Position numbers and translations under genes: made by a program. A stretch of 60,710 nt of DNA, the filler included. It is 3 parts of 3 records of this genome, joined end to end, with 100 filler letters (N's around TTAATTAATTAA, not from the genome) between each part and the next. Parts side by side here need not be neighbours in the genome. Positions count along the whole stretch, not along the records: positions 23,573 to 49,321 come from DRR378314_2544; 2 more parts are not named here. One strand, given 5' to 3'. Below, piece after piece: positions 39,771-48,526 of this stretch (position 1 is the stretch's first letter; every line of letters starts with the position of its first letter). The notes beneath the pieces are model-generated. The model saw only the letters and a program-made list of their open reading frames with translations, was not told the origin of the DNA and ran no database searches.

Positions 39771-41060
39771 CTACGTGCCGGTTCTGGGATGCGCCGAAGC
39801 CACTGTACTTCCGGCCCATGCCAAGTTGTCGCTGAGTTGCGCGAGGATGCTTATCGCATCCTTCAGCGGTGCGTCGCCGCTTTCGAATTGAAGCAAAAGC
39901 AGCAAATCGGTCGCCTTTTCGAACTCGGCCGGAATCCAGTCGGCTTCAGGATCGATTTCTGAGCCTGATTCCAACCTTTCGGCAAAGTCTTCGACAATTT
40001 CCTGACAGCTTTGCAAGAAGGTTGCAGGCTCAATATCTGAGCTTTCGCGCAGGTCGTTGTAGATACTTGCAATTGCAGCAAGCCAATCCTCAAGGATAGG
40101 ATTGTCTAGAGGGGGCAGGGCGGTTTCCAAGCTTGCTTGGACCGCATTGCCATCCGCCTCAACATCAACGGCCACAGCTGAACCAGTGAGCTGCTCCAGA
40201 TAAGGCATAAACTCTGCAGCCAGATCTTTTTGTGCGGCTTCCAGATCGTGGCGACGGTAATCAGACGCAAGACGTAACACCTGTTCTGCCAGATTTTGAC
40301 CGCCGCAGGTCTCCCACAGATCAAAATCAGGTTCGGGCTCCTGTTCCATCGCGCGCACGGCAACCGGAGTTCCAATTGGCACGACGGCCTTGAACAGATC
40401 ACCTTTTTCCTTGTTCAAACGGGCCACAACCCGATCCAGCGAATCCCGCACTGGGGGCAAATCAGCATGTGTTACGGCCAACAGGCTGTTGTCGCGCAGT
40501 TTTTGCGGGACTTGTGACCATAGGTGGCGCTCGGTCTCACGCCAGGCGTTGGTGCCGTTGGTACACCAAATCGCGCAGTCCACATATTCCAGCAAACTCA
40601 GGGTCTGCTTGTATGTATCGTCCAGCGCACCGGCACCGGGTAGATCAAACAGCGAAATCTCTTGCAGGGCAGGCGTGTTCAACCCGACCGAGATGAAATC
40701 CGGTTCGTCCGCCGCCGCCTTTTCCAGCGCAATTCCGGAATAAACCTTGGGTTCCTTGTTCCACCAGCCAACTGTTGTTTCTGGTGTTTCAGAAAAGGCC
40801 ACAATGACCAAAGGCAGCTTCAGATGCTGCGGCCCAGTGGGCAGAATGTCAGCCCCTGCCAGCATGTTTGCAAGGCTGGACTTGCCAGCACCAAATTCCC
40901 CTGCAAAACCGATTGATACCGCGTTCGAAAGCCGCTCGGCATGGGCCAACGCGCGGGCGCGCATGTCATCCAGCTCTGCCGAAGAGGGTGCGTTTTCGGT
41001 GGCGGTCAGGAAACGCTCCAACTGGCGCACTTCCTTCTCGGTTCCGGGGAAATCAATCAT
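39771..41060 (-). CDS. Dynamin-like GTPase, type B copy 2
   Basis: G1 GEFGAGKS, G3 DLPG, G4 THAD; WCT...AWRETER shared with 44467-46101; ATGA overlap with the upstream gene. Confidence 0.85.
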   Translation of the reverse strand: MIDFPGTEKEVRQLERFLTATENAPSSAELDDMRARALAHAERLSNAVSIGFAGEFGAGKSSLANMLAGADILPTGPQHLKLPLVIVAFSETPETTVGWWNKEPKVYSGIALEKAAADEPDFISVGLNTPALQEISLFDLPGAGALDDTYKQTLSLLEYVDCAIWCTNGTNAWRETERHLWSQVPQKLRDNSLLAVTHADLPPVRDSLDRVVARLNKEKGDLFKAVVPIGTPVAVRAMEQEPEPDFDLWETCGGQNLAEQVLRLASDYRRHDLEAAQKDLAAEFMPYLEQLTGSAVAVDVEADGNAVQASLETALPPLDNPILEDWLAAIASIYNDLRESSDIEPATFLQSCQEIVEDFAERLESGSEIDPEADWIPAEFEKATDLLLLLQFESGDAPLKDAISILAQLSDNLAWAGSTVASAHPRTGT

Positions 41061-43099
41061 TCTGCGGCCTCTGCCTGTCGCGTGTCCATGGGTGCGGCTC
41101 CATGTACCGCACTCAGTTCATCGCCGATGCGCCGGGCTTGGTCAACCGCACGTTGCGCATCGGTGCGCGCATTGGTGCCATCAGGACCCGCACGGTGTTC
41201 CAGATGACCGGCAAGAAGCGCCAGATAGTGATCCAGGACAGTTTTCATCCGTTCGATCAGATCACTTCTGGCGGTATCGACCAGATCGTCGCCGATCATC
41301 TCGAACTCTTGAACGATCATCTTTTCTGCACGGTTCAGTACACTGCGGCGTGAAATCAGCCGCGACAGCCATGTCACACGCAGCTCGACCGTAATACCAC
41401 GCGTTAGCGCGCTGGTGTCCGGACGGAACCAACGCACAGCGCTAGTGTTCATGCGGTTATCAACCGGTTCCTGCCAGCCGGGCAGGGCACGCAGGGAGGC
41501 GTTGCTTTGCATGTCGATCGCATAAAGCTCGCTGAGCATCCGCTGACGAACTACCTGGGTTGCACCCTGAACCAATTCACGCATTCGTTCACGCAGTGGT
41601 GTAAAGTTCAGCTCGGTGTCACCATCCTTGGCCAACAGAGGGGATTGACCATCCGGGCCACGGACAACAATCGAAACAGCCTCGGACACCGTGTCATCCA
41701 TCACGCCCCGTAAATTGGCCAGTACATCGTCCATATCGTTGGTAATGGCTTCAGATTTCTCGGCAATCAAGGCGCGCAGGTCCGCAAGCGTCTTGTTGTT
41801 TTCTTCTATATCGGCTGTGTCTGGCCCATCTTGATCCTCGATCGCGCGCAGCCGTGCTGAGCTACGCTCAAGCTCACCCTGGGCAAAGCTGTTTAGATGC
41901 TGCCACGCCATATTGAGCTGTTCTTGGCGTGGACCTTCGGTCAGGGCTTTGGTCACATGGCGGCGCAGATCAGGCAACCCAGATGCGATCATGGCAGCAA
42001 AGCGCAATACACCCTCACGACTGATAGGGCCGGGGCCTTGTTTGATCTCTTCAACACCATCTAGATATTGCTTCATCTGCTGAGGATGGGCGCGAAGCCA
42101 TGCGAGAATCTGATCATGATCAATTCCCGTTTCATCACCGGTCAGGGCGTAATGCGCCCATTGAGCGCTGCCCATAAGGACATTGATGTCCGAATTCCCG
42201 AGGGCCTGCTCAAGCCCGTCCATCACGTCGGCACGGACCTTTGTGGCATCGTCAGCGCCGCCGCCCAATTCGTCCACACGGTTAATGAAGACCACGATCT
42301 GGCCAAGTTCCAAAGCCTGCATCAAGCGGAACAGTTTCAGGTCGGCGCGCGACAACGCCTGATGCGCCGACAGAACTACAACAAAGAAATCTGACTCTTT
42401 TAAGTATTGCCGCGAGATCTCTTCACGTATCAACAGCGGGTCATTGACGCCGGGCGTATCGGTGACTGTTATAGGATAAGGAAAATGGCCGATGTCGAAA
42501 TAGACCTCGGCTTTGCGTGTGATATCGCTGTAAAGACCCCGATCAGAACCGGGGTCATACTGATCACCATCCGTCGGATCATCCCCCGCACAGACATAGC
42601 GTGCAAGATCATCCGAATTCAGTTCATCCAGATCGTGATGCTGACCCAGCAGGTGTTTATAGCTTTCGCCCAGACGCAGCTTGGCGCGGGTTTTCATCGC
42701 CTCGACCTGCTCTTCGATCATTTCACGCTTATAGCTGTCCTCCTCATCGGGGAACATATTGCGCAGCTCTTCACCCTCGGCGATCAGTGCTTGCCATTGG
42801 CGATTGTCGAAGAAACGAAACTCGGCACCCGACGACCGGCCGGACGGATGACCAAAATGCATGTCGGTTATAACTGTGGTCCAGGGATTTACATCCGAAG
42901 GCAGAAACTCTGCCTGCCCGGTGAACCCATTGATCAGTCGGGACTTACCGGCCTTAATCTGGCCTACGAACGCAATCGAAGGTTTGAGGTTCGATAGATC
43001 GTCAATGATGCGCGAGATGAAGTGACGTGTTTCGTCATTGCTCATCCCGTTCATGTCTTCTGCGATGCGAATAAGCTCGCGGCGGCTCAACTCACTCAT
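41057..43099 (-). CDS. Dynamin-like GTPase, type A copy 2
   Basis: G1 GQIKAGKS, LPSDVNPWT, G3 DTPGVND, G4 NRVD; helical C-terminal stalk. Confidence 0.88.
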   Translation of the reverse strand: MSELSRRELIRIAEDMNGMSNDETRHFISRIIDDLSNLKPSIAFVGQIKAGKSRLINGFTGQAEFLPSDVNPWTTVITDMHFGHPSGRSSGAEFRFFDNRQWQALIAEGEELRNMFPDEEDSYKREMIEEQVEAMKTRAKLRLGESYKHLLGQHHDLDELNSDDLARYVCAGDDPTDGDQYDPGSDRGLYSDITRKAEVYFDIGHFPYPITVTDTPGVNDPLLIREEISRQYLKESDFFVVVLSAHQALSRADLKLFRLMQALELGQIVVFINRVDELGGGADDATKVRADVMDGLEQALGNSDINVLMGSAQWAHYALTGDETGIDHDQILAWLRAHPQQMKQYLDGVEEIKQGPGPISREGVLRFAAMIASGLPDLRRHVTKALTEGPRQEQLNMAWQHLNSFAQGELERSSARLRAIEDQDGPDTADIEENNKTLADLRALIAEKSEAITNDMDDVLANLRGVMDDTVSEAVSIVVRGPDGQSPLLAKDGDTELNFTPLRERMRELVQGATQVVRQRMLSELYAIDMQSNASLRALPGWQEPVDNRMNTSAVRWFRPDTSALTRGITVELRVTWLSRLISRRSVLNRAEKMIVQEFEMIGDDLVDTARSDLIERMKTVLDHYLALLAGHLEHRAGPDGTNARTDAQRAVDQARRIGDELSAVHGAAPMDTRQAEAAE

Positions 43100-43169
43100 A
43101 AGATTTACCCTGGTAACTCGTATTATATATCTAGTTTTGCAAAATGGACACTATTGGGCAGGAACGCGG

Positions 43170-44015
43170 TCATTCAACGGCGCTTTTTAGGGACTTCCAA
43201 AGGTTGACGACGGCACCCAGTTTGCGGGCGTCATGAAAAGCGGCTGCAACCTCGGCATCGTCGTGAACGATCGCAAGGCCAACGCCTTGCCCTCCGGATG
43301 GGCGCATAACGATAAGTTGTGGTTGCGATAAAGTATCAGACCCATCGACTTGCCAGCTGGACAAATCTTGGGTGAGCCGAGCCAATAGATCTTTGTCGGG
43401 ATTTGCTTTCTGACCTTCGGCACAAAGCCCGTCAAGCTTGGCTTCTTCGTTCTGTTCTTCAATCAGAAAACGCCCCAGCGCAAAGCGATCGGCACCGTCA
43501 TAGAACGCTTCGGCAACACCTGATGGGCCCCGAGACGTTGGTTCTGGTACAGCATCCGGGACCACAGACATCCGTGGTTCTTCCGGCAAATCAATTCTGG
43601 CGCAGGCTGCTTCTACCTCGGAAAAGGTTATACCGACATCATCCGCTTCAAGCGCCGTATCGGGCCTGAGCGAAACCAATTCCAACGGACCGGGCGCAAC
43701 GGCGATATCTGACACTAGACGGGCCAGCTGATCGGTCAGGTGCTCACGTGCCTCGGTTTCGAAATCTGGCAGGGGGCCTTCGACACATCGGAAAACATCG
43801 GTAATCCGTGAGCTGTTCACCTCAACAGCAAGCATGCCACCGTCTGCCGCCATGAATTCCAACCTCCGAGGCAGGATTGTCCTGCGGATTGCAGTCAATA
43901 CCTCATCACGCCTTGCCTGCGCCGTATCACCAGACAGACAAACCGTCGGAGACAATCGCGCGACCGAGGATCGTCCGATATCTTCGAGCAATTCCAGTAT
44001 TTCGCTATCCATCAT
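43170..44015 (-). CDS. Hypothetical protein, possibly with a C-terminal roadblock-like domain
   Basis: Co-oriented within the operon, GGGG RBS; fold suggested from secondary-structure pattern only. Confidence 0.7.
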   Translation of the reverse strand: MMDSEILELLEDIGRSSVARLSPTVCLSGDTAQARRDEVLTAIRRTILPRRLEFMAADGGMLAVEVNSSRITDVFRCVEGPLPDFETEAREHLTDQLARLVSDIAVAPGPLELVSLRPDTALEADDVGITFSEVEAACARIDLPEEPRMSVVPDAVPEPTSRGPSGVAEAFYDGADRFALGRFLIEEQNEEAKLDGLCAEGQKANPDKDLLARLTQDLSSWQVDGSDTLSQPQLIVMRPSGGQGVGLAIVHDDAEVAAAFHDARKLGAVVNLWKSLKSAVE

Positions 44016-44039
44016 GCCGTGAACCCCCTCTGGTCCAGT

Positions 44040-44441
44040 CTAAACTGCGGCAGCCACCGTGCCGAGGCTGAGATGTGATTTTGTAAGTGCATGCCCAATA
44101 TTTGCGCTGTCATGACAGATATAACAGACAACGTGATCCGGGTATTTCGGTGTTCTCAGAAAGATGTGCAAACGATCATTGGCAAACACCGCGATTTCCC
44201 CAAATCCAGGGTGTTCCGTTTCGCCTATCTCTGCATTGCGCAACAGCTCCTCAAAGCCTTTTGCACCCCGTCCTTGAAACAGATTGGCAACCGAAAGCGC
44301 AAGATTCTCAAGTGCATCAGAGCTTTCGCGGTCTGATGCCTCAACTCCCAGCAACATTCCAGTTTCCATATCAACATACCCGGCTGCGATGCAGTCGGGT
44401 ATGGTCTCGATGGCCGAGGTCAGGGCGGATTCTATCGACAT
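44040..44441 (-). CDS. Roadblock/LC7 (MglB-like) domain protein
   Basis: 133 aa; IPDCIAAGYVDMETGMLL...FGEI...HIFLR...ANIGHAL fits the roadblock pattern. Confidence 0.72.
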   Translation of the reverse strand: MSIESALTSAIETIPDCIAAGYVDMETGMLLGVEASDRESSDALENLALSVANLFQGRGAKGFEELLRNAEIGETEHPGFGEIAVFANDRLHIFLRTPKYPDHVVCYICHDSANIGHALTKSHLSLGTVAAAV

Positions 44442-44466
44442 TCAGGTGCCCGCCTTTAATTGCATG

Positions 44467-46101
44467 TCAGATCGCATGCCACTCCGCTCCACTCGTTTTG
44501 TTGGCATCCGGAACTGCCCGCAGCGCCGCTTTGGAATTGCGGGTGATCTGCTCCTGCGCAATCTGATCATACTCGGACAGAAACGCTGCAAAGGCGCTTT
44601 TCAGGCCCTGCGCATCGTCTGGCAGGCTTTCGCGGGCTACGATTTCGCTCCACATTTCTGAGGCGCTGAGGGGCGATTCCACAGGATTGCCCACTTGGTC
44701 TTCAGAGGCCGCTCCATTGATCACGGTTTCTCCGTTCAACTCAACCACCTGACCCGGCGTGAGCGAATTGGACTCTGGTTCCGGCTCGTATTCGTCAGTC
44801 GATTCCTCAGGCTGCTCCGCAAGCAAAGACGTAATCGATGAGACTGATACTTCGAGCTCCGATGCTTCACCCTCGTCATCGGTCGAATTTTCATCCGACG
44901 CCGATGCTTCAACCGTTGCTTCTTGGCCATCCTCGGGGGCCAGAACGATCAACTCGGCGTCTTCCTGATCCTCCTCCTCATCATCCATGAAGGCGAACTC
45001 ATCCACATCATGTGCAGGGTTCGCCAGAATGTTCAGATCCAACGGATCTTCGGATTGGTCCGAGAACAGGGCGCGCAGATCTTCCTCAGCCGGTTCCGCC
45101 TCAGATACCATTTCGGCGCGCATTCGTTCAGCTTCGTCCACATCAATCCGAGCGCGTTCAACATCTTCCGTACGTCGTTCCACGCGGGCAGGGCGTACCG
45201 GGAAGCTGGTGACAACATCAGTGTTCTGATCGGATGAACCCTCAGCCAGAGGATCATGCATCGTCAATGGAACATCTTCGGTGCGACTTTCCGGGCGCAA
45301 GGGGCTTACCTTGGGCGCATCAGACAAAGACTTATCAATTTGATATCTGGCCAGCATATCGGCACGGTTGTCCATGATCTGCTCGGTGATCTCCAGAAAA
45401 CTGTCGACCATCTTGCCACCGCCGCTGCGCGACCAAAGTTCGGCGTCACCCGTTTTGTCACGGGCCATAATGGCATCACGCGCCGAAAACAGGACTGTGC
45501 GATTGAACAGATGACCTGCTTCTCGGTTCACGCGACGCAGAACCTTTTGCCGGTCTTTCTGACCCAAAGCATCTGCACGCGTGACCAGCAAAATTGATTT
45601 GTTTTGCAGACGTTCAGGAAGCGAGACCCAAGTTGCACGCTCGGTCTCACGCCAGGCTTGGGTCGAGTGCGTGCACCATAATACACCATTGGCTTGACCA
45701 ACTGCGCGTTGCCAGACATCGGTCGAGATCTTTGGATCCGAGATGCCGGGGGTGTCGATCAGATCAACGGCCTCAAGAATATCGGCTTCCAGGAAGATAC
45801 GAACAAACTGTGCGTCGTTGACACCAACCTGTTCAAGTTCATCAAGCTCGATATTCTGCGTGCTTCCATCGTGCCGCTTAATATAGGCTGGCCGATTGCC
45901 CCAACTGAACCAAACTGGCGGCAGCTGAGTTGCCGTGACCTGTGTGGGCAAGGCCTGTTTTCGCAGCAAGAAGTTCATCAAAGTCGACTTGCCTGCACTG
46001 AATTCTCCCATAAGCGCAAACACAGGCTTGCGGCGGGACCACTGCTCGATGCGGTTCCAGGCCTTGGGAGAGACGAAGCGGGTTTGTGATTTATTTACCA
46101 T
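44467..46101 (-). CDS. Dynamin-like GTPase, type B copy 1, with long acidic C-terminal region
   Basis: G1 GEFSAGKS, LPTQVTAT, G3 DTPG, G4 TRAD; D/E/S-rich tail. Confidence 0.88.
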   Translation of the reverse strand: MVNKSQTRFVSPKAWNRIEQWSRRKPVFALMGEFSAGKSTLMNFLLRKQALPTQVTATQLPPVWFSWGNRPAYIKRHDGSTQNIELDELEQVGVNDAQFVRIFLEADILEAVDLIDTPGISDPKISTDVWQRAVGQANGVLWCTHSTQAWRETERATWVSLPERLQNKSILLVTRADALGQKDRQKVLRRVNREAGHLFNRTVLFSARDAIMARDKTGDAELWSRSGGGKMVDSFLEITEQIMDNRADMLARYQIDKSLSDAPKVSPLRPESRTEDVPLTMHDPLAEGSSDQNTDVVTSFPVRPARVERRTEDVERARIDVDEAERMRAEMVSEAEPAEEDLRALFSDQSEDPLDLNILANPAHDVDEFAFMDDEEEDQEDAELIVLAPEDGQEATVEASASDENSTDDEGEASELEVSVSSITSLLAEQPEESTDEYEPEPESNSLTPGQVVELNGETVINGAASEDQVGNPVESPLSASEMWSEIVARESLPDDAQGLKSAFAAFLSEYDQIAQEQITRNSKAALRAVPDANKTSGAEWHAI

Positions 46102-46109
46102 AACTCTTC

Positions 46110-48110
46110 TTATGCTGCTTCGTTACTAAGATCTTTCAGGATGTCACCCAGAATGTCGTCACGCGATTTCTGTGGTTTCTGCTCGGCGATCTGCGCTGCA
46201 GCCCTGTCAGGTGAATGCGAGATGCTGAGTAACGTGTCTTTCTGCTCGGCCATGAAATCAGTCAGCGTGGCGCGCACGTTTTCCAAGACGGCGGCAATCT
46301 GATTTTCCTCGATGTCCTTGGTGATCGAGTTTGCCTCGGACGCAATCAGACGTGTGTAGTCTGCGGCGTAGGCCTCGAAGCCTTTTCGGCGCTGCCACCA
46401 ACGACGCCACCATGTGCTTTGCAGGTCAAGCGCGATGGTGCGCCCAATCCCCAAAGGCGGTGGCACGCGCGGCACAATTGGGGCTTCGATGTTGAATTCA
46501 CCTAGATGGTTGCCCAACAGTTTCTGGTATAACGCTTCTACATCCGCTGCGGCGGACGCATATAGCACCCCGGCATCCTTGCGCATCGAACGCGCAAAGC
46601 TGAAGTAAGCGGCCTTTTGCAAGGTCCGTAGCCCAGCCGGGTCGTATTGCCACGTGCCCTGCTCACCGTTTTGTTCCAGATGTGAGATCAGCGAATCCGT
46701 CGCGCGCTTGACAAAGTTTGCCTCGGCCGAGGCCAGCCTCTCCAACACTTTATCGCGCAGTTTGGTTGTCAGTTCCGAGGTCTTCTTTTCGTACTCGGCT
46801 GAAACTTTCGCGATCGCTTCATCGGGCGATGCACCATCCAAATCCCGGACGATCCCGTCCGAATTTGACAGCGTTTTGGCCACGGCCGTCGCTCGAATTT
46901 GGCTGGCAATGTTGCGCGCACGATGGCGTACGCGATCCAGTAGACGTGTTCCTGCACCCTCGGCAATGCGCTCATTCATTGCGAGCAGCAAATCAGGCAA
47001 TCCTGAAAGCGCCCAGATCTTGTCCAGCGAGGCAGCTTGATCACCAAAACCGGCAGCCAGATAAAAAGTGTTTAGCGCGTCACGCGATTCTTCGGTCAGG
47101 ATGTCCGGATTTCCGGTAATCGCTGCCTCAGCCCAAAGCGCGCTGCCAAAGACAACGCTGGTACTTGCGTCAATGTTGTTCTGCTTCAGTGTGTCCTGAA
47201 TACGATCCCGAATCTCTGGGACCTGATTGACCGGGTCCGACAGCTCGTCGATGCGATTCACAAACAGAATGATCTGGCGATTTTCGAACTGAGCGATAAT
47301 CCGCATCAGCGCCATATCCATTGTGGTCAGCGCCTGACTGGCGGCCAGAACGACGATACACACCTCTGACCCGCGAAGGCTGCGCAACGTGATCTGCTCA
47401 CGTACCATGAAGGTATCGTTTACGCCGGGCGTATCGCAAAGTTTGAGCGATATCGGATATTGAGGGATATCCATATAAAGCTCTGCTGATTTGGTCACAT
47501 CGGCAAAACGGCCTGTCTTAGGGTCAATATCCGGATCGTCTTCGTCCCCAAGGCAAACATACCGCTGCACCAATTCGTCATCGAAGTAATCGTACTGGTG
47601 GCTTTGTCCAAGAATCAGGTCGAAATGCTTGCCCAGCCGTTCTTCTGACTTGGCCTTCATTTCGCCAATTTGACGACGGATGTCATCCATCTCATCATCC
47701 GCACCAGCGCGGTTGGCCAGCTCGCCCAGGCGCCCGCCCCCAACCATCAGATTGTCCCATTCTTCCTGTTCGAAGAAGGTGAATTTTGACCTGGTGTCCC
47801 CTTCCGTCCGGGTGTTGATGTTCAGCGTGGTAACTACTGATGTCCACGGGTTCACATCTGACGGCAACAGGTTTGGCCGCCCCGCCAGAATGTTCACGAT
47901 CGAAGATTTCCCGGCCTTCACCTGCCCCACCATTGTGACGCTTGCCGAGAAGTTTTCCATCTTGGTCTTGAGCGCAGCCAGCCGCGCGGATGAACGCGCA
48001 TCCGCCACCTCTGTCAGTTGATCGATCTGTGTCGTCAGCGAGGTCATTGTCTCTGTCATCTCGGACAGAGCCTCGTTTCCTACAGACAGAAGGTGGTCGT
48101 TACGCGCCAT
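46110..48110 (-). CDS. Dynamin-like GTPase, type A copy 1
   Basis: G1 GQVKAGKS, LPSDVNPWT, G3 DTPGVND, G4 NRID; helical stalk with STWWRRWWQRRK; GGAGG RBS. Confidence 0.9.
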   Translation of the reverse strand: MARNDHLLSVGNEALSEMTETMTSLTTQIDQLTEVADARSSARLAALKTKMENFSASVTMVGQVKAGKSSIVNILAGRPNLLPSDVNPWTSVVTTLNINTRTEGDTRSKFTFFEQEEWDNLMVGGGRLGELANRAGADDEMDDIRRQIGEMKAKSEERLGKHFDLILGQSHQYDYFDDELVQRYVCLGDEDDPDIDPKTGRFADVTKSAELYMDIPQYPISLKLCDTPGVNDTFMVREQITLRSLRGSEVCIVVLAASQALTTMDMALMRIIAQFENRQIILFVNRIDELSDPVNQVPEIRDRIQDTLKQNNIDASTSVVFGSALWAEAAITGNPDILTEESRDALNTFYLAAGFGDQAASLDKIWALSGLPDLLLAMNERIAEGAGTRLLDRVRHRARNIASQIRATAVAKTLSNSDGIVRDLDGASPDEAIAKVSAEYEKKTSELTTKLRDKVLERLASAEANFVKRATDSLISHLEQNGEQGTWQYDPAGLRTLQKAAYFSFARSMRKDAGVLYASAAADVEALYQKLLGNHLGEFNIEAPIVPRVPPPLGIGRTIALDLQSTWWRRWWQRRKGFEAYAADYTRLIASEANSITKDIEENQIAAVLENVRATLTDFMAEQKDTLLSISHSPDRAAAQIAEQKPQKSRDDILGDILKDLSNEAA

Positions 48111-48112
48111 GG

Positions 48113-48526
48113 TCAGCCTCCGGTACCAGTTGCAGCGAATTGGTTCCCTGCCCCGTCGGGCAAGCTCGCAAGCGTGTCGATGCGTGCGATCAGGTCCAAT
48201 GCGTTACCGAGGATCACAGCCTCGGTTTGCGGTGAAATTGATTCGTATGCGAAAGAATCAGCCAAAACCTCGATGGAACTGAAACCTTCACCATTCTCCA
48301 GACAGGCGACACGTCGCCCCGTTGGAAAATCATCTGACTTGTGAGCAGGCAATGGCATGCGGGCATTGGCCAGCAAATAGCGATTGCCTGCATGAGTTCT
48401 TAGTGCGACGCCGAAACCTGTGCCAGGGTGCTGGCGGTTCAGGGTTTTCAGCTCGCCGATGAAACTATCACGAGCAAGACTTACAACGTCATGCTCGGAA
48501 GCAGCGGATTTGATCTGGTTGGTCAC
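48113..48526 (-). CDS. Hypothetical protein, first gene of the dynamin operon
   Basis: Ends 2 nt before the first dynamin ATG. Probable GTG start at 48526 after AAGGG; the ORF track extends to 48607. Confidence 0.6.
   Translation of the reverse strand: MTNQIKSAASEHDVVSLARDSFIGELKTLNRQHPGTGFGVALRTHAGNRYLLANARMPLPAHKSDDFPTGRRVACLENGEGFSSIEVLADSFAYESISPQTEAVILGNALDLIARIDTLASLPDGAGNQFAATGTGG

Noticed and set aside
39771-48110. Direct assignment to the Eleos (LeoABC-like dynamin) anti-phage system
   Set aside because: No defence-island or mobile context and a different gene set; motifs read by eye cannot support it. An HMM test is needed and an anti-phage role is not excluded.
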